From the NCBI GenBank assembly GCA_016926755.1, contig JAFGNZ010000231.1, forward strand, positions 1,008 through 65,007: a stretch of DNA of 64,000 bases. The letters are read 5' to 3'. Below the pieces are notes generated by a model. It was not told the DNA's origin. It did not search any database and saw nothing but the letters and a program-made list of their open reading frames with translations. This DNA is from Myxococcaceae bacterium. Lineage in GTDB: Bacteria > Myxococcota > Myxococcia > Myxococcales > Myxococcaceae. A program made the translations under genes and the position numbers. Positions 43,823 through 55,891 of this stretch are shown piece after piece. The stretch's first letter is position 1, and every line of letters begins with the position of its first letter.

Positions 43823-45313
43823 ATGACACGAAGCCATTGGAAGGGTCTGCTGTCGGCGCTCTTCGCCAGCCTCGCCATGCTCGCGGCCGGCTGCGATGAT
43901 GACGAGGGAGGCACGGTACCGCCTCCCATCGCCACTCCACCGGATGACAATCAGGTGCCGCGCTCGACGCTCCGCCTCGTCCACGCTTCACCGGACGCGC
44001 CCGCAGTCGACGTCTATATCCAGGGTCAGCAAGAGCCGCTCATCACCCAGCTGACGTATGGCACCGCCACGGGCGACCTGCCGATCCCGTATGGCAGTCA
44101 GGTGCTCGAGTTCCGCCCGGCGGGCACGGCAGCGACTTCGCCGCCGGTGTTCTCCACTGATCCCATCGACTTCATCCCAGCGGAGCGGGTGACGGCGGTG
44201 GCCGCGGGCCTGTTGAACGCGCGGTCAGAGGACAACTCCTTCCGGGTCCTCGCACTGGCCGAGGGGACTGGTGAGCCGACTCCGAACACCGCGAGCGTGC
44301 GCATCGTCCACGCGGGGGCGGACGCGCCCACGGTGGGCATCGACGTGGGCAATGATGGCAGCGTGGAGGTGGCGGACCTCGATCGCTTCGCGGACACCGG
44401 ACGCACGGCCGTGGCGCTCCCCCCGGGGATCTCCTTGCAGGTGGGCATCGTCTCCGAGACCGGCGAGAAGGTGACGGCCTTCACGCTGCCCACGCTGTCC
44501 GCGGGGACGGAGGTCATCCTCGTCGCCACGGGGCTGCTCTCCGCGGCGCCTCACCAGCCAGAGGGCTTCGCCCTGCTGGCCGTAGGCCGCGAGGGGAGCA
44601 TCGGCTTCGTCCTGCAGAACCCGGTGGTGTACGCGCTGCACGCCTCTCCGGATGCGCCCGCGGTGGACATCTTCTCCGCTGGGACCGAGGTGGCAGACGA
44701 TCTGACCTTCGGAGAGCTCTCCTCCCCGATCCAGGTGCCGCCCGGCACGTATGCCCTGGATTTCTTCAGCCACCAGGCCGGCCGTGAGCAGCCCGCGGGC
44801 GACCCGGCCGCCCAGGGCAACACGCCCATGCTGACGGCGGGGCAGCGCTACCTGGTGGTGGCCTCCGGGTTCCTCGGCCGGACGGGCGAGGCGCGGAGGT
44901 TCTCGCTGCTCTCGTACGCCGAGTCCTTCGCAGAGGCGGGGGAGCAGGTCCGCCTCCGGCTGGTGCATGCGGTGCCGGACGCGCCAGCCGTGGATGTGGG
45001 CCCCCTGGACAACCAGGGGCTGCTGCCGGAGGAGTCCGTCACGTTCCAGGATCTGGCCTACAGCCAGGCCTCGGCGCCGGAGGGCGTGGCGCTCCCCGCG
45101 AGCCCGATCGCCGCGGGCGTCACGGCCGCGAACGCCGCGGAGCGCGAGCCCCTGCTCTCCTTCTCGATCGATCTGAGCCCGCTCCAGGGGAACAGCCTCT
45201 TCCTGGTGGCCGCGGGGGCGCTGTCCCCACAAGAGGGTGAGCAGCGCTTCCAGCTGGTGCTGGTGAACACCACCAGCACCCCCTGGTCCACCCAGTCAGT
45301 GGCGCCGCGCTGA
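43823..45313 (+). CDS. DUF4397 domain lipoprotein
   Basis: This is the real part of track ORF 42455..45313. The ATG at 43823 gives MTRSHWKGLLSALFASLAMLAAGCDDD (lipobox). Three LR(L)VHASPDAPAVDV-type repeats are typical of DUF4397. Confidence 0.75.
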   Translation: MTRSHWKGLLSALFASLAMLAAGCDDDEGGTVPPPIATPPDDNQVPRSTLRLVHASPDAPAVDVYIQGQQEPLITQLTYGTATGDLPIPYGSQVLEFRPAGTAATSPPVFSTDPIDFIPAERVTAVAAGLLNARSEDNSFRVLALAEGTGEPTPNTASVRIVHAGADAPTVGIDVGNDGSVEVADLDRFADTGRTAVALPPGISLQVGIVSETGEKVTAFTLPTLSAGTEVILVATGLLSAAPHQPEGFALLAVGREGSIGFVLQNPVVYALHASPDAPAVDIFSAGTEVADDLTFGELSSPIQVPPGTYALDFFSHQAGREQPAGDPAAQGNTPMLTAGQRYLVVASGFLGRTGEARRFSLLSYAESFAEAGEQVRLRLVHAVPDAPAVDVGPLDNQGLLPEESVTFQDLAYSQASAPEGVALPASPIAAGVTAANAAEREPLLSFSIDLSPLQGNSLFLVAAGALSPQEGEQRFQLVLVNTTSTPWSTQSVAPR

Positions 45314-45494
45314 GGCTCGGCGTCAGGGCTCCGGTCCGCCTCTCCTCCAGGGGCGGGAGCGCCCGCAAGGCGCCATCTCCGGAGCCCCGGAAGCGGCGCG
45401 CTTTAACTTTGAAATGGCTCCGGGGTTCTCCTCACAGACACCGTCGCCGTTGGGGCGACGACCTTCGATCCAGCACCCAAGGAGAATCCCACCC

Positions 45495-45878
45495 ATGCGC
45501 CTCAGGCCCGCCATGCTGTCCACCACCCTCGCCGCCCTGCTGCTCACCACGCCCGCGCTCGCGGCCCAGGAGCCCGCGCCTCAGGGCCAGGAGGCCCACG
45601 GCGGGTGCCGCGGCGGCAAGGGAGGGAAGATGTTCCACAAGCTGGCGCGCATGGAGCACCGGCTCGATCGCGCGGTGGAGCGGGGCCGCCTCACGCAGGC
45701 CCAGGCGGATCAATTCAAGGCCGAGGCCCGCCAGCTCCGCCAGGAGTTCGAGACCCAGCGCACGACCAGCGGCGGCCAGCTCACCGAGGAGCAGAAGCAG
45801 CAGTTCCGGCAGCGCAAGCAGGCCCTGCGCGAGAAAGTGAAGGCCGCCCTCAAGGCCTCCAATCCCCAGGACGTGTGA
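45495..45878 (+). CDS. periplasmic Spy/CpxP-like protein (LTXXQ motifs)
   Basis: The ATG at 45495 follows AAGGAGAA. Signal peptide MRLRPAMLSTTLAALLLTTPALAAQ. Helical protein with LTQAQADQF and LTEEQKQQF motifs. Confidence 0.6.
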   Translation: MRLRPAMLSTTLAALLLTTPALAAQEPAPQGQEAHGGCRGGKGGKMFHKLARMEHRLDRAVERGRLTQAQADQFKAEARQLRQEFETQRTTSGGQLTEEQKQQFRQRKQALREKVKAALKASNPQDV

Positions 45879-45882
45879 GGCT

Positions 45883-47394
45883 TCAGTCGAAGAGGCCCTG
45901 GAGATAGAAGCGGCCGTCCCGCGCGTCTCGGAAGACCCAGGCCGGGCCCATCCCCTCGAAGTGGACCCGGTAGTAGTCCCGGCTGTAGGGCTCCGGCGCC
46001 CACCACTCGCCGCTCAGGCGCTCGGGGCCCGCCATCGCCATCACCCGGCGCCGCTTGCCCAGCAGCCACGCGGCGAGCAGCTCCCCGGAGTCCGCCACCT
46101 CGGCGTCCAGCGTGGCCGGCTGCTCCAGCAGGCGCGAGGGGCGCTCCCGCAGCGCCTCCTCCACTGGCACCTCCACCGGCTCTTGCGGCAACAGCTCCCC
46201 CGCCATGCCTCGCGAGGAGGGGGGCGGACGGAACGCCCGCGCCACGTAGGCCTGCTCGGGGCGGTGGACCGCCTCCAGCGAGGCGGAGAAGAGCGACTCC
46301 TCGCCCAGCGTCGTGGCCAGCCGGGACAGCACCACCTCCAGGGCCGCATCCCCTTCCGGCGTGTCCCCCAGCGCCAGCTGCTGGCCCCGATCCTCGTTGT
46401 GCTCCTCCACCCGCACCGAGAGCCCCGCCACCGGGTTCTCCAGCCGCAGCTCCGACAGCTGGTGGCGCGCCAGATCCAGCAGCAGCTTCGCGCGCGCCGA
46501 GGGCCGGGCCAGGGTGAGGGGCAGCTCCACCTGGCCGGTGGGATCCAGCTTCAGCATGAAGCTCAGCCGCACCGCCGCCCGGCGCCGCCCGGCCAGCCGC
46601 GCGCAGAGCCGATCCAGCAGCGTCTTGAGCGCGAACTGCAGGGGCTCGAAGGACTCGGCGGGCCAGTCCAGCGTCATCCGCTCCTCGAGCACCTCCTCCA
46701 GCACCGCCGCGACGAAGGGCGTGTCATCCCCTCCCCTGCAGAGCGTGTGCGCGCGCAGGCCTGCAGCCCCACCACGCGCCGCCACCGCGCCCGCCGGCAG
46801 CGCCGCCACCTCTCCCAGGGTGCCCAGCCCGAGCGCGGCGAAGGGCTCACACTCCGGCCCCTCCAGCGCGGAGAGCGGCAGGGGTGCCAGCGCCCTGGCG
46901 CCACCGCCCTCCGGCACCACCTGCACGGGCCGCGTGCCGTGGCGGGCCAGCACCCGGGAGGTGAACAGCTCCGAGGCCACTACCGCCCTGCCCCGGTACC
47001 CGTGGCCCGCGCAGACCTCCAGCGCCCGCTGGCACAGCCCCTCCTCGCCTCCGAAGAGGTGCGCCGCGCTCGCGTCGAACCACAGGCCGTCCGGCGCCGA
47101 GCGCTGGAAGGCCGGAGTGACGCACATGAGCGCCTCGCCCAGCGACGTCAGGGCGCGGAGCTCGTCCTCGGCCTTGTAGGGGAAGTGCTGGAGCGAGGGC
47201 TCCAGGGCGCTCGCGGCCGTCAGCGTCATCCCCGGGCGGACCCCGGCCTTGAGGGCGCTCGTGGAGGCGCAGGCCACCCGCCGCGCGCTCCGCACCTCCT
47301 CCTCCAGCACGAAGGGCTTCCCCGCCAGCGCGGGCACCTCGATGACCCGGCGCTGCGCCGGGAACCGCGAGAAGTGCAGATAGCCCAGCCGCAT
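45883..47394 (-). CDS. imuB: ImuB, Y-family polymerase-like protein of the imuA-imuB mutagenesis cassette
   Basis: 503 aa. The N-terminus MRLGYLHFSRFPAQRRVIE...GKPFVLEE...VACASTSALKAGVRPGMTL is typical of ImuB. It lies directly downstream of imuA. Confidence 0.75.
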   Translation of the reverse strand: MRLGYLHFSRFPAQRRVIEVPALAGKPFVLEEEVRSARRVACASTSALKAGVRPGMTLTAASALEPSLQHFPYKAEDELRALTSLGEALMCVTPAFQRSAPDGLWFDASAAHLFGGEEGLCQRALEVCAGHGYRGRAVVASELFTSRVLARHGTRPVQVVPEGGGARALAPLPLSALEGPECEPFAALGLGTLGEVAALPAGAVAARGGAAGLRAHTLCRGGDDTPFVAAVLEEVLEERMTLDWPAESFEPLQFALKTLLDRLCARLAGRRRAAVRLSFMLKLDPTGQVELPLTLARPSARAKLLLDLARHQLSELRLENPVAGLSVRVEEHNEDRGQQLALGDTPEGDAALEVVLSRLATTLGEESLFSASLEAVHRPEQAYVARAFRPPPSSRGMAGELLPQEPVEVPVEEALRERPSRLLEQPATLDAEVADSGELLAAWLLGKRRRVMAMAGPERLSGEWWAPEPYSRDYYRVHFEGMGPAWVFRDARDGRFYLQGLFD

Positions 47395-47408
47395 GAGCCC
47401 CCCCTGCC

Positions 47409-48287
47409 TCAGCGCGGCGCGGTGCCAGTCCCCAGGCGGGAACGGAAGGAGGGCATCGCCGCGTCACGCCCGGGGCGCTGGCCCAGGATGCCGCACGCGT
47501 TGCGCCGCTCCCAGCTGCGCCCCCGGTAGAAGTCCGGGACGAGCTCCTCGTTGGACGGGGCCTCTCCAGCGAGCAGCGGGGCCTCCTCGCCCTCGGGCCC
47601 CAGCGCCGGGTAGAGCGAGCTCCACTCCAGGACGGCCCGCGTCCCCAGCCCGCCCTGCCGGCTGCGCACCACCTCCACCGCGAGCCCCTCGGGCCCCAGG
47701 GACTCGGTCCGAATGCGCGTCACGCCATCCGCGGGCGCGGTCGGAGAGGACAGCAGCAGCAGCAGGCTCCCTCCACGGAAGGCCGCATCCGCGAGCTTCT
47801 TCCCCTCCGCGAGCGACAGCCGCAGCCCGGAGGACTTCCCGCCCGAGGCGCCCGCCGCCAGGCCCTGGGTGAGATCCAGCACCACGCACGCGAACGCCCC
47901 GCTCCGAGCCAGCTGCACCGCCGTCCACGCCAGCTGCGCTGGCTGCTGGGGGCGCACGATGAGCAGCCGGGACAGCTCCACGCCCATGGCGGCAGCGGCG
48001 GGCGGATAGAGCTCCTTGGGGCCATCCACCCAGGCGCACAGCCGACGCTCCCGGTGCGCCGCCGCCACCGCGCGCAGCGCCAGGCTGGTGCGCCCCGAGG
48101 CCGCGTCGCCGCACAGCTCCACCGCCTGCCCCAGCGGAAAGCCACCCGAGGGCAGCAGCGCGTCCACCTCTTCCACGCCGGTGCGCAGCGTGGCCAGATA
48201 GCTCCGGGGCGCGGCCTGGAGCTGGCGGATGCGCTCGCGCAGCTGCTCCACCACTGCTCCCGATCGCTGTTCCGCCGTCGCGCTCAT
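47409..48287 (-). CDS. imuA: ImuA, RecA/SulA-like protein of the mutagenesis cassette
   Basis: Track ORF trimmed to the ATG at 48287 (MSATAEQRSGAVVEQLRERIRQLQ...). GVEEVDALLPSGGFPLGQAVELCGDAASGRTSLALRAVAAA is the ImuA-type degenerate RecA core. Confidence 0.7.
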   Translation of the reverse strand: MSATAEQRSGAVVEQLRERIRQLQAAPRSYLATLRTGVEEVDALLPSGGFPLGQAVELCGDAASGRTSLALRAVAAAHRERRLCAWVDGPKELYPPAAAAMGVELSRLLIVRPQQPAQLAWTAVQLARSGAFACVVLDLTQGLAAGASGGKSSGLRLSLAEGKKLADAAFRGGSLLLLLSSPTAPADGVTRIRTESLGPEGLAVEVVRSRQGGLGTRAVLEWSSLYPALGPEGEEAPLLAGEAPSNEELVPDFYRGRSWERRNACGILGQRPGRDAAMPSFRSRLGTGTAPR

Positions 48288-48313
48288 CACATCGTCTCCG
48301 GGCTCCGAGCCAG

Positions 48314-48330
48314 CTACACGCTCGTTCAGT
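48314..48330. promoter_or_regulatory. LexA-box-like site upstream of imuA
   Basis: CTACACGCTCGTTCAGT matches 16/17 positions of the Myxococcus xanthus LexA motif as I recall it (CTRHAMRYBYGTTCAGS). It lies 27-43 nt upstream of the imuA ATG. Confidence 0.45.
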
Positions 48331-48631
48331 ATGCTCACGGATCTGACGTACGGCACGAAGGACCCATGGCGATGGGCGCGCTCGCGAGCCGGGAGCCCCC
48401 GCGATCCACGCGAGATCACGGGCCATTGGCCCCTCGACCCAACCTCTCAGGCTGGATCGCCCCGGAGGACGGGCGAAAGTGCCTCCTCGGAGGCGATTCT
48501 ACATCACGGCTGCGCACCCACCCTCGTCCAGCACCGCGGGGATGGCTCGGCCCGCCCTGGCTCCTCATGGCACAAGAAACCTCCGCCTTGGTTCCGTCTC
48601 AGCGCCTTCTGCGAGTACCCTAAAGGGGCCC

Positions 48632-50815
48632 ATGGCGAAGATCGGCGGCCATCTCCCACCTACAGTCCCGCGGCCTTCCCCGAGCCCCGCGGGAAAGGCC
48701 GAGCCCGCGGCCACGCCACAGCAGCAGCCGCAAGGGCCCGCCTCACAGGCTACGCCGGCCAAGCCCGCGCCCGTCGCGGTCCAGGCGCAGCAGGTCGCCC
48801 AGCAGTTCGGCTCCGCTTTTCAGTCCGCCGGGCGGCTGGCGGGGCAGCTCTTCAAGGGCCTCGGCACCAAAGAGGCCGGGCAGTCGCGCGGCTCCGAGAA
48901 GTCCTCCTCCTCCGAGCGGACCGAGGAAGGCAAGGGCGAACAGGGCGCGCAGGAGGCCGGGCAGGGCCCCGACGAGGCGGGTGGCGAAAATCCGTTCATG
49001 GCCGCATTCGGGGCGCTGAAGCGCTCGCGCCAGTCCCGCCTCCGCAAGGCCGCCAAGAAGCGGGCAGGACAGAGCAGCGAGGTCTCCGCCTCCACCCAGG
49101 TCGCCCTCGAGGAAGAAGAAGAGGAAGAGGAAGAGCAGAACCCACGACGCGCGCGCAACTACCTGCTGGGAGAGGAGCAGGAGGAGACCCCCTTCGATCA
49201 GGCGAAGCGCGAGGCCCTGTTCCTGCAGCACCTGGAGCGCGAGGGAGAGCCTGCCTCGAACATCGCGCGGCTGTTGAACGCACAGCTCGGGGTGGACCGG
49301 GACCGTGAGTTCAAGGATCTGCTCACCGATCAGGTCAAGCCGCAGCTGGAGTCGATGGCGAGCCGCGTCGCCGAGGCCCCCGCCGATGAGCGGCGGACGC
49401 TCGCCGCGCTCGTCTCGCGCGCGGCCTACCAGGTGGGGAGCAAGAGCTCTGGCGCGTTCACGAAGCTACTGGCCTCGGCGGGGGTGGCGGAGGCGGCCCA
49501 TCTGGCGACCTCCTCCGAAGCAGTGGTCGCGCGCGCCACGCAGTTCGAGCAGGCACTGCGGCGAGCCGCGAGCCCGGAGTACCGCTCGGCGCTGATCGAC
49601 GCGGGACGCGCCACCCTGGAGCAGCTGGCGCGTGACGCGGAGGGGCTGACGCCCGAGGAGCGGCACCCCACCTGGATCTCCCTCCTGCGCTCGGCCGAGA
49701 GCCTGGAGCCCCAGAGCCTCCCCGCGATGGCAGAGGCCGTCGTGAGCGGGATCCTTGCCACCGGGCGCGCCGAGGCGGCAGGCACCCTCGCCGAGTTCCT
49801 GCCACCCGCCCTGAAGGTGGCTCCCGGCGGTGGGAGCTGGGCGTTCCAGCTCGCCCTCACCCTCTTTGCGCGTGGCGAGGTGAAGGCGGCCGAGCAGCTG
49901 GGCGGAGCGCTCCACGAGTGGATCCGTCAGGCCCGCGGGAGCTGCACTCCCATCTTCAAGAACCTGCGCGAGCTCAGCGCCGCTCCGTCCGGCGGCGCCA
50001 GCGAGGCCACGCTGCTTCGCGAGCTCGAGGCCCACATCTCGCTCCTGGCAGCGACGATCCCGGCGTGCGCTTACATGATCGAGCACGGCCAGGGGCTGCC
50101 GCCGGCCGCGGCCCCCCTGCTCACCGAGGCCACGGTCTCGATGGCCTCGCTGAACATCGTGGGCGCCACGGCTCCCGGACAGCAGCTGCTGCGCCGGATG
50201 CTCCTGGCGCAGGAGCGAGGCGGTCAGACCTTCTTGACCACCCTGCCCCGGCTGGCGCTCGCCCTGTCACAGAAGCAGCTGGTCCAGCCCCTCTGGAACA
50301 ACGGCCTGCTCCCGGCGAGCTACCAGTTCGGTGGGCGGCCCTTCCTGGATCGTGTCGCCCTGCACACCGGCCGGGCCCTCGCGGCGCCCGTCCTGGCGCG
50401 GAGCAAGAAAGGCGATGAGGGCTCGGCGAAGGTGCTCTTGCGCACGGCGATCCTCGGCAACGCCGCGCTGTTCGGCCTCAAGCCCGACGGGGCACACCTC
50501 GCCGCGGAGGCTCTGGAGTCGCTGAGGCAGAGACCGGGCTCGCTGGCGCTGCGGCGGACTCTGGAGCTGTTGGAGAAGATCCGGGAGAAACAATCCACCA
50601 GCAGCACGGAGACCCTGCAGGAGCTCGCCAAGGCCCTGGCGGACAGAGAGAGCAGGCTCGTGCCGCTGTCAGGACAGAGCCAGGGGCCCCGGGTTCCCAC
50701 CAAGCTGTCCCTGCGCGAGATCGCCATGGACCAGTCGGCCCACGCGAAGCAGAGCGCGGCACCCCGTGATGCGCCCGCCCCTCCCCTGGGTGGCGCTCCT
50801 CGAAGCCACAAGTAG
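48632..50815 (+). CDS. large hypothetical protein (disordered N-terminal third, helical remainder)
   Basis: Track ORF 48479..50815 trimmed to the ATG at 48632 (MAKIGGHLPP...). The N-terminal region is Pro/Gln/Ala-rich with a Glu run (LEEEEEEEEEQ). No family recognised. Confidence 0.55.
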   Translation: MAKIGGHLPPTVPRPSPSPAGKAEPAATPQQQPQGPASQATPAKPAPVAVQAQQVAQQFGSAFQSAGRLAGQLFKGLGTKEAGQSRGSEKSSSSERTEEGKGEQGAQEAGQGPDEAGGENPFMAAFGALKRSRQSRLRKAAKKRAGQSSEVSASTQVALEEEEEEEEEQNPRRARNYLLGEEQEETPFDQAKREALFLQHLEREGEPASNIARLLNAQLGVDRDREFKDLLTDQVKPQLESMASRVAEAPADERRTLAALVSRAAYQVGSKSSGAFTKLLASAGVAEAAHLATSSEAVVARATQFEQALRRAASPEYRSALIDAGRATLEQLARDAEGLTPEERHPTWISLLRSAESLEPQSLPAMAEAVVSGILATGRAEAAGTLAEFLPPALKVAPGGGSWAFQLALTLFARGEVKAAEQLGGALHEWIRQARGSCTPIFKNLRELSAAPSGGASEATLLRELEAHISLLAATIPACAYMIEHGQGLPPAAAPLLTEATVSMASLNIVGATAPGQQLLRRMLLAQERGGQTFLTTLPRLALALSQKQLVQPLWNNGLLPASYQFGGRPFLDRVALHTGRALAAPVLARSKKGDEGSAKVLLRTAILGNAALFGLKPDGAHLAAEALESLRQRPGSLALRRTLELLEKIREKQSTSSTETLQELAKALADRESRLVPLSGQSQGPRVPTKLSLREIAMDQSAHAKQSAAPRDAPAPPLGGAPRSHK

Positions 50816-50838
50816 CAAGGGCGCCGCAGCCGCCCTGC

Positions 50839-52059
50839 TTACTGCGCGCAGAACAGCTTCACCTCGACGCCCTGATCATCCGCCCGGCGCAGGCAGTCGC
50901 CCAGGAAGAAGAGGCGCGCGGGCCGGTCCTCCCCGGCCGCGTCGTAGCGCAGGTCTCCCCCCGCCACGCTGCACACCTGCACCGTGCCGTCCCCTCGCGT
51001 CAACTCCACCCGCGCCAGCCGGGGGTCCGGCAGGTTCATCACCTCGATGCTCTGCGAGATGGCGGCCAGCTCGGCGATGGCCACCAGCGTCTCGCGGTAG
51101 CTGGGCTTGCAGATGGAGTCCAGGTTCTGCAGCCGGCTGTCGAAGCGCTCGCTCATCGCCCGGTGGCGGAAGCCCGGTCCGTAGGATGTCGGGCACTCCA
51201 CGTTGCGCACGAACGTCCCCTGGGGCGTCACGTCCTGGACCAGCCCGGCGCGCTTGTCGCTCAGCGCCACCGGGCCGATGGTCGCCCACAGCACCTCACG
51301 CGCGGCGCCCTGCCCGTCCCGCAGCCCCTGGAGGGTGTTGAAGTACTCCTCCACGGAGGTGAGGCTCTTCTCCTGCTCCGAGCAGAAGTCCCGCGAGGTG
51401 TCCTCCGTGAGCAGCACCGGCGGCGGGCGCTGCGTGGAGCTGCAGTCCTCCTCGTCGGTGACGACCACCACCAGCAGCCGCGCCCCGTCCCTCAAAAAGC
51501 CCCCATTGCCCCCCTGCTCCAGCGGCTGGGTGGCCAGCGAGGAGGCCACCGCCAGCCGGACCGCCTCGAAGGGCGACTCCTGCCCGCTGCCGCTCGTCCC
51601 CTGCTTCACCAGGCGCCGGGACTTCTCCAGCACCTCCGGATCCGAACCCTCCAGGTAGCGCTCGGCGCTCGGCTCCCCGCTCGGAGTGGGGACGGGCCTC
51701 AGCCGGCCGGCCTCTTCCGGGTACTCCCGGTACTCCTCGCGGTTATTGAAGAACGAGCGGCGATACACGGAAGTCGTAATGACGCCGACCCGGAAGTCCT
51801 GCGTCACGCCGCCTCCCTGGCGCAGCTCCTCCAGGAAGGCGGGCAGCTCGGTGGCGATGGCCGCCTGCTCCTCGGCCATCGATCCGGAGTTGTCGATGAC
51901 GAACAGGATGTCGGTCCGCTGGGGAGCGATGGAAGGGGCGTCCGCCTGGCACGTCCCAGGCACCGTGGAGCCCGGCTGATCCACGGGAGACTCACATGCC
52001 GCCACCCACCCCAGGATGGCTGCCACGAGGATGAAAGGAGCAGGCGTTCGAGCCCTCAC
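50839..52059 (-). CDS. von Willebrand factor A (VWA) domain lipoprotein
   Basis: Signal peptide with Cys (ILVAAILGWVAAC). MIDAS motif DILFVIDNSGSM, and later LLVVVVTDEEDCS. Confidence 0.75.
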   Translation of the reverse strand: MRARTPAPFILVAAILGWVAACESPVDQPGSTVPGTCQADAPSIAPQRTDILFVIDNSGSMAEEQAAIATELPAFLEELRQGGGVTQDFRVGVITTSVYRRSFFNNREEYREYPEEAGRLRPVPTPSGEPSAERYLEGSDPEVLEKSRRLVKQGTSGSGQESPFEAVRLAVASSLATQPLEQGGNGGFLRDGARLLVVVVTDEEDCSSTQRPPPVLLTEDTSRDFCSEQEKSLTSVEEYFNTLQGLRDGQGAAREVLWATIGPVALSDKRAGLVQDVTPQGTFVRNVECPTSYGPGFRHRAMSERFDSRLQNLDSICKPSYRETLVAIAELAAISQSIEVMNLPDPRLARVELTRGDGTVQVCSVAGGDLRYDAAGEDRPARLFFLGDCLRRADDQGVEVKLFCAQ

Positions 52060-52298
52060 GGGGGATCCCTCCAGATCCGCGACGCGCCTGGACGCGCCGC
52101 ATCAGATGATAACAGGGGTCCAGCATGCCCCACCTTCCAGGGCTTCGCGACAAGCGTCCGGGGGCAAACGTCCATCCGGAAAAATGCACGCCGCGTTTGC
52201 CATGGGCGTTTTGGTTGCTACGTTGGGTCAACTGGCACAAAAGAACAGCTGTAATGAACCGCCCGACACCCAAGCGGGCGATTAGAGGGTCGAACCAA

Positions 52299-54794
<2,496 letters not shown>

Positions 54795-54818
54795 CCTTAC
54801 GCCCCTCCTCTGAGGTAC

Positions 54819-54859
54819 CAGCGGGCAGGCTCCCTCGGGGGCCTGCCCGCTGTCTTTTT
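54819..54859 (+). terminator. rho-independent terminator of lon
   Basis: Perfect 12-bp stem CAGCGGGCAGGC / GCCTGCCCGCTG (54819-54830 / 54841-54852) with a 10-nt loop, followed by TCTTTTT. It begins 25 nt after the lon stop. Confidence 0.8.
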
Positions 54860-54886
54860 CCTCGAACGTCGGGGAGGAGCCCACCG

Positions 54887-55867
54887 ATGAAGTACGCCTA
54901 CCTGGGGCGGACCGGCTTGAAGGTGTCCCGTATCTGCCTGGGGTGCATGAGCTTCGGCAGCACCTCGTGGCGCAAGTGGGTGCTGGACGAGGAGGCCGCG
55001 CAGCCCTTCTTCCGCAAGGCGGTGGAGAGCGGCATCAACTTCTTCGACACGGCGGACATGTACTCGCTGGGGGTGAGCGAGGAGATCACCGGCCGGGCGC
55101 TCAAGCGGTACGCGCGGATGGAGGAGGTGGTGCTGGCCACCAAGGTCTACTTCCCCATGGGCGAGGGGCCCAACATGGGCGGCCTGTCACGCAAGCACAT
55201 CGTCCAGGGCTGCGAGGCCAGCCTGAGGCGGCTGGGCGTGGAGACGATCGATCTGTACCAGATCCACCGGCTGGACCCGAACACGCCCATGGAGGAGACG
55301 CTGGCGGCGCTGGATCAGCTCGTGCGGCAGGGGAAGGTCCGCTACCTGGGGGCCAGCTCCATGTACGCATGGCAGTTCGCCCGGGCGCTGGGCGTCTCCG
55401 AGCGCCACGGCCAGGCGCGCTTCGTCTCGATGCAGAACCACTACAACCTCGTGTACCGCGAGGAGGAGCGGGAGATGCTGCCGCTGTGCCAGGCGGAGGG
55501 CATCAGCGTCATCCCCTGGTCCCCGCTGGCGCGCGGCCTGCTGGCGGGCTCGCGCAAGTCGCTGGAGGACCGCACGGCCACGACGCGGGCGGGCTCGGAC
55601 GCGCACGCGGTGGCGCTCTACGACAACCCCAACGACTGGGAGGTCGTCGAAGCGGTCAGGCGGGTGGCGGCGGCGCGCGGGAGCTCGATGGCGGAGGTGT
55701 CCCTCGCGTGGCTGCTGTCACGGCCCGGGGTGGCGGCGCCGATCGTGGGCTCCACGAAGCTGGAGCACCTGGAGGCGGCCCTCCGCGCGGTGGACCTCCA
55801 GCTCACGGCGGAAGAGATCGCGGCGCTCGAGGCGCCCTACAAGCCGCACCCGGTCCGAGGCGTGTAG
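54887..55867 (+). CDS. aldo/keto reductase
   Basis: 326 aa. [48 protein letters not shown] and [12 protein letters not shown] are standard AKR blocks. Confidence 0.9.
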   Translation: MKYAYLGRTGLKVSRICLGCMSFGSTSWRKWVLDEEAAQPFFRKAVESGINFFDTADMYSLGVSEEITGRALKRYARMEEVVLATKVYFPMGEGPNMGGLSRKHIVQGCEASLRRLGVETIDLYQIHRLDPNTPMEETLAALDQLVRQGKVRYLGASSMYAWQFARALGVSERHGQARFVSMQNHYNLVYREEEREMLPLCQAEGISVIPWSPLARGLLAGSRKSLEDRTATTRAGSDAHAVALYDNPNDWEVVEAVRRVAAARGSSMAEVSLAWLLSRPGVAAPIVGSTKLEHLEAALRAVDLQLTAEEIAALEAPYKPHPVRGV

Positions 55868-55891
55868 CCGGAGGCCTCACCCCAGCGGGGC

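Noticed and set aside
45395-45425. A possible sigma54-type promoter (TGGCTCCGGGGTTCTC) and a 7-bp hairpin (CGTCGCC-GTTGG-GGCGACG, about 45441-45459) upstream of the Spy-like gene.
   Set aside because: The -12 element would read TTCT rather than TTGC, so the sigma54 match is poor. The hairpin is short and has no obvious function. Neither is reported as a feature.
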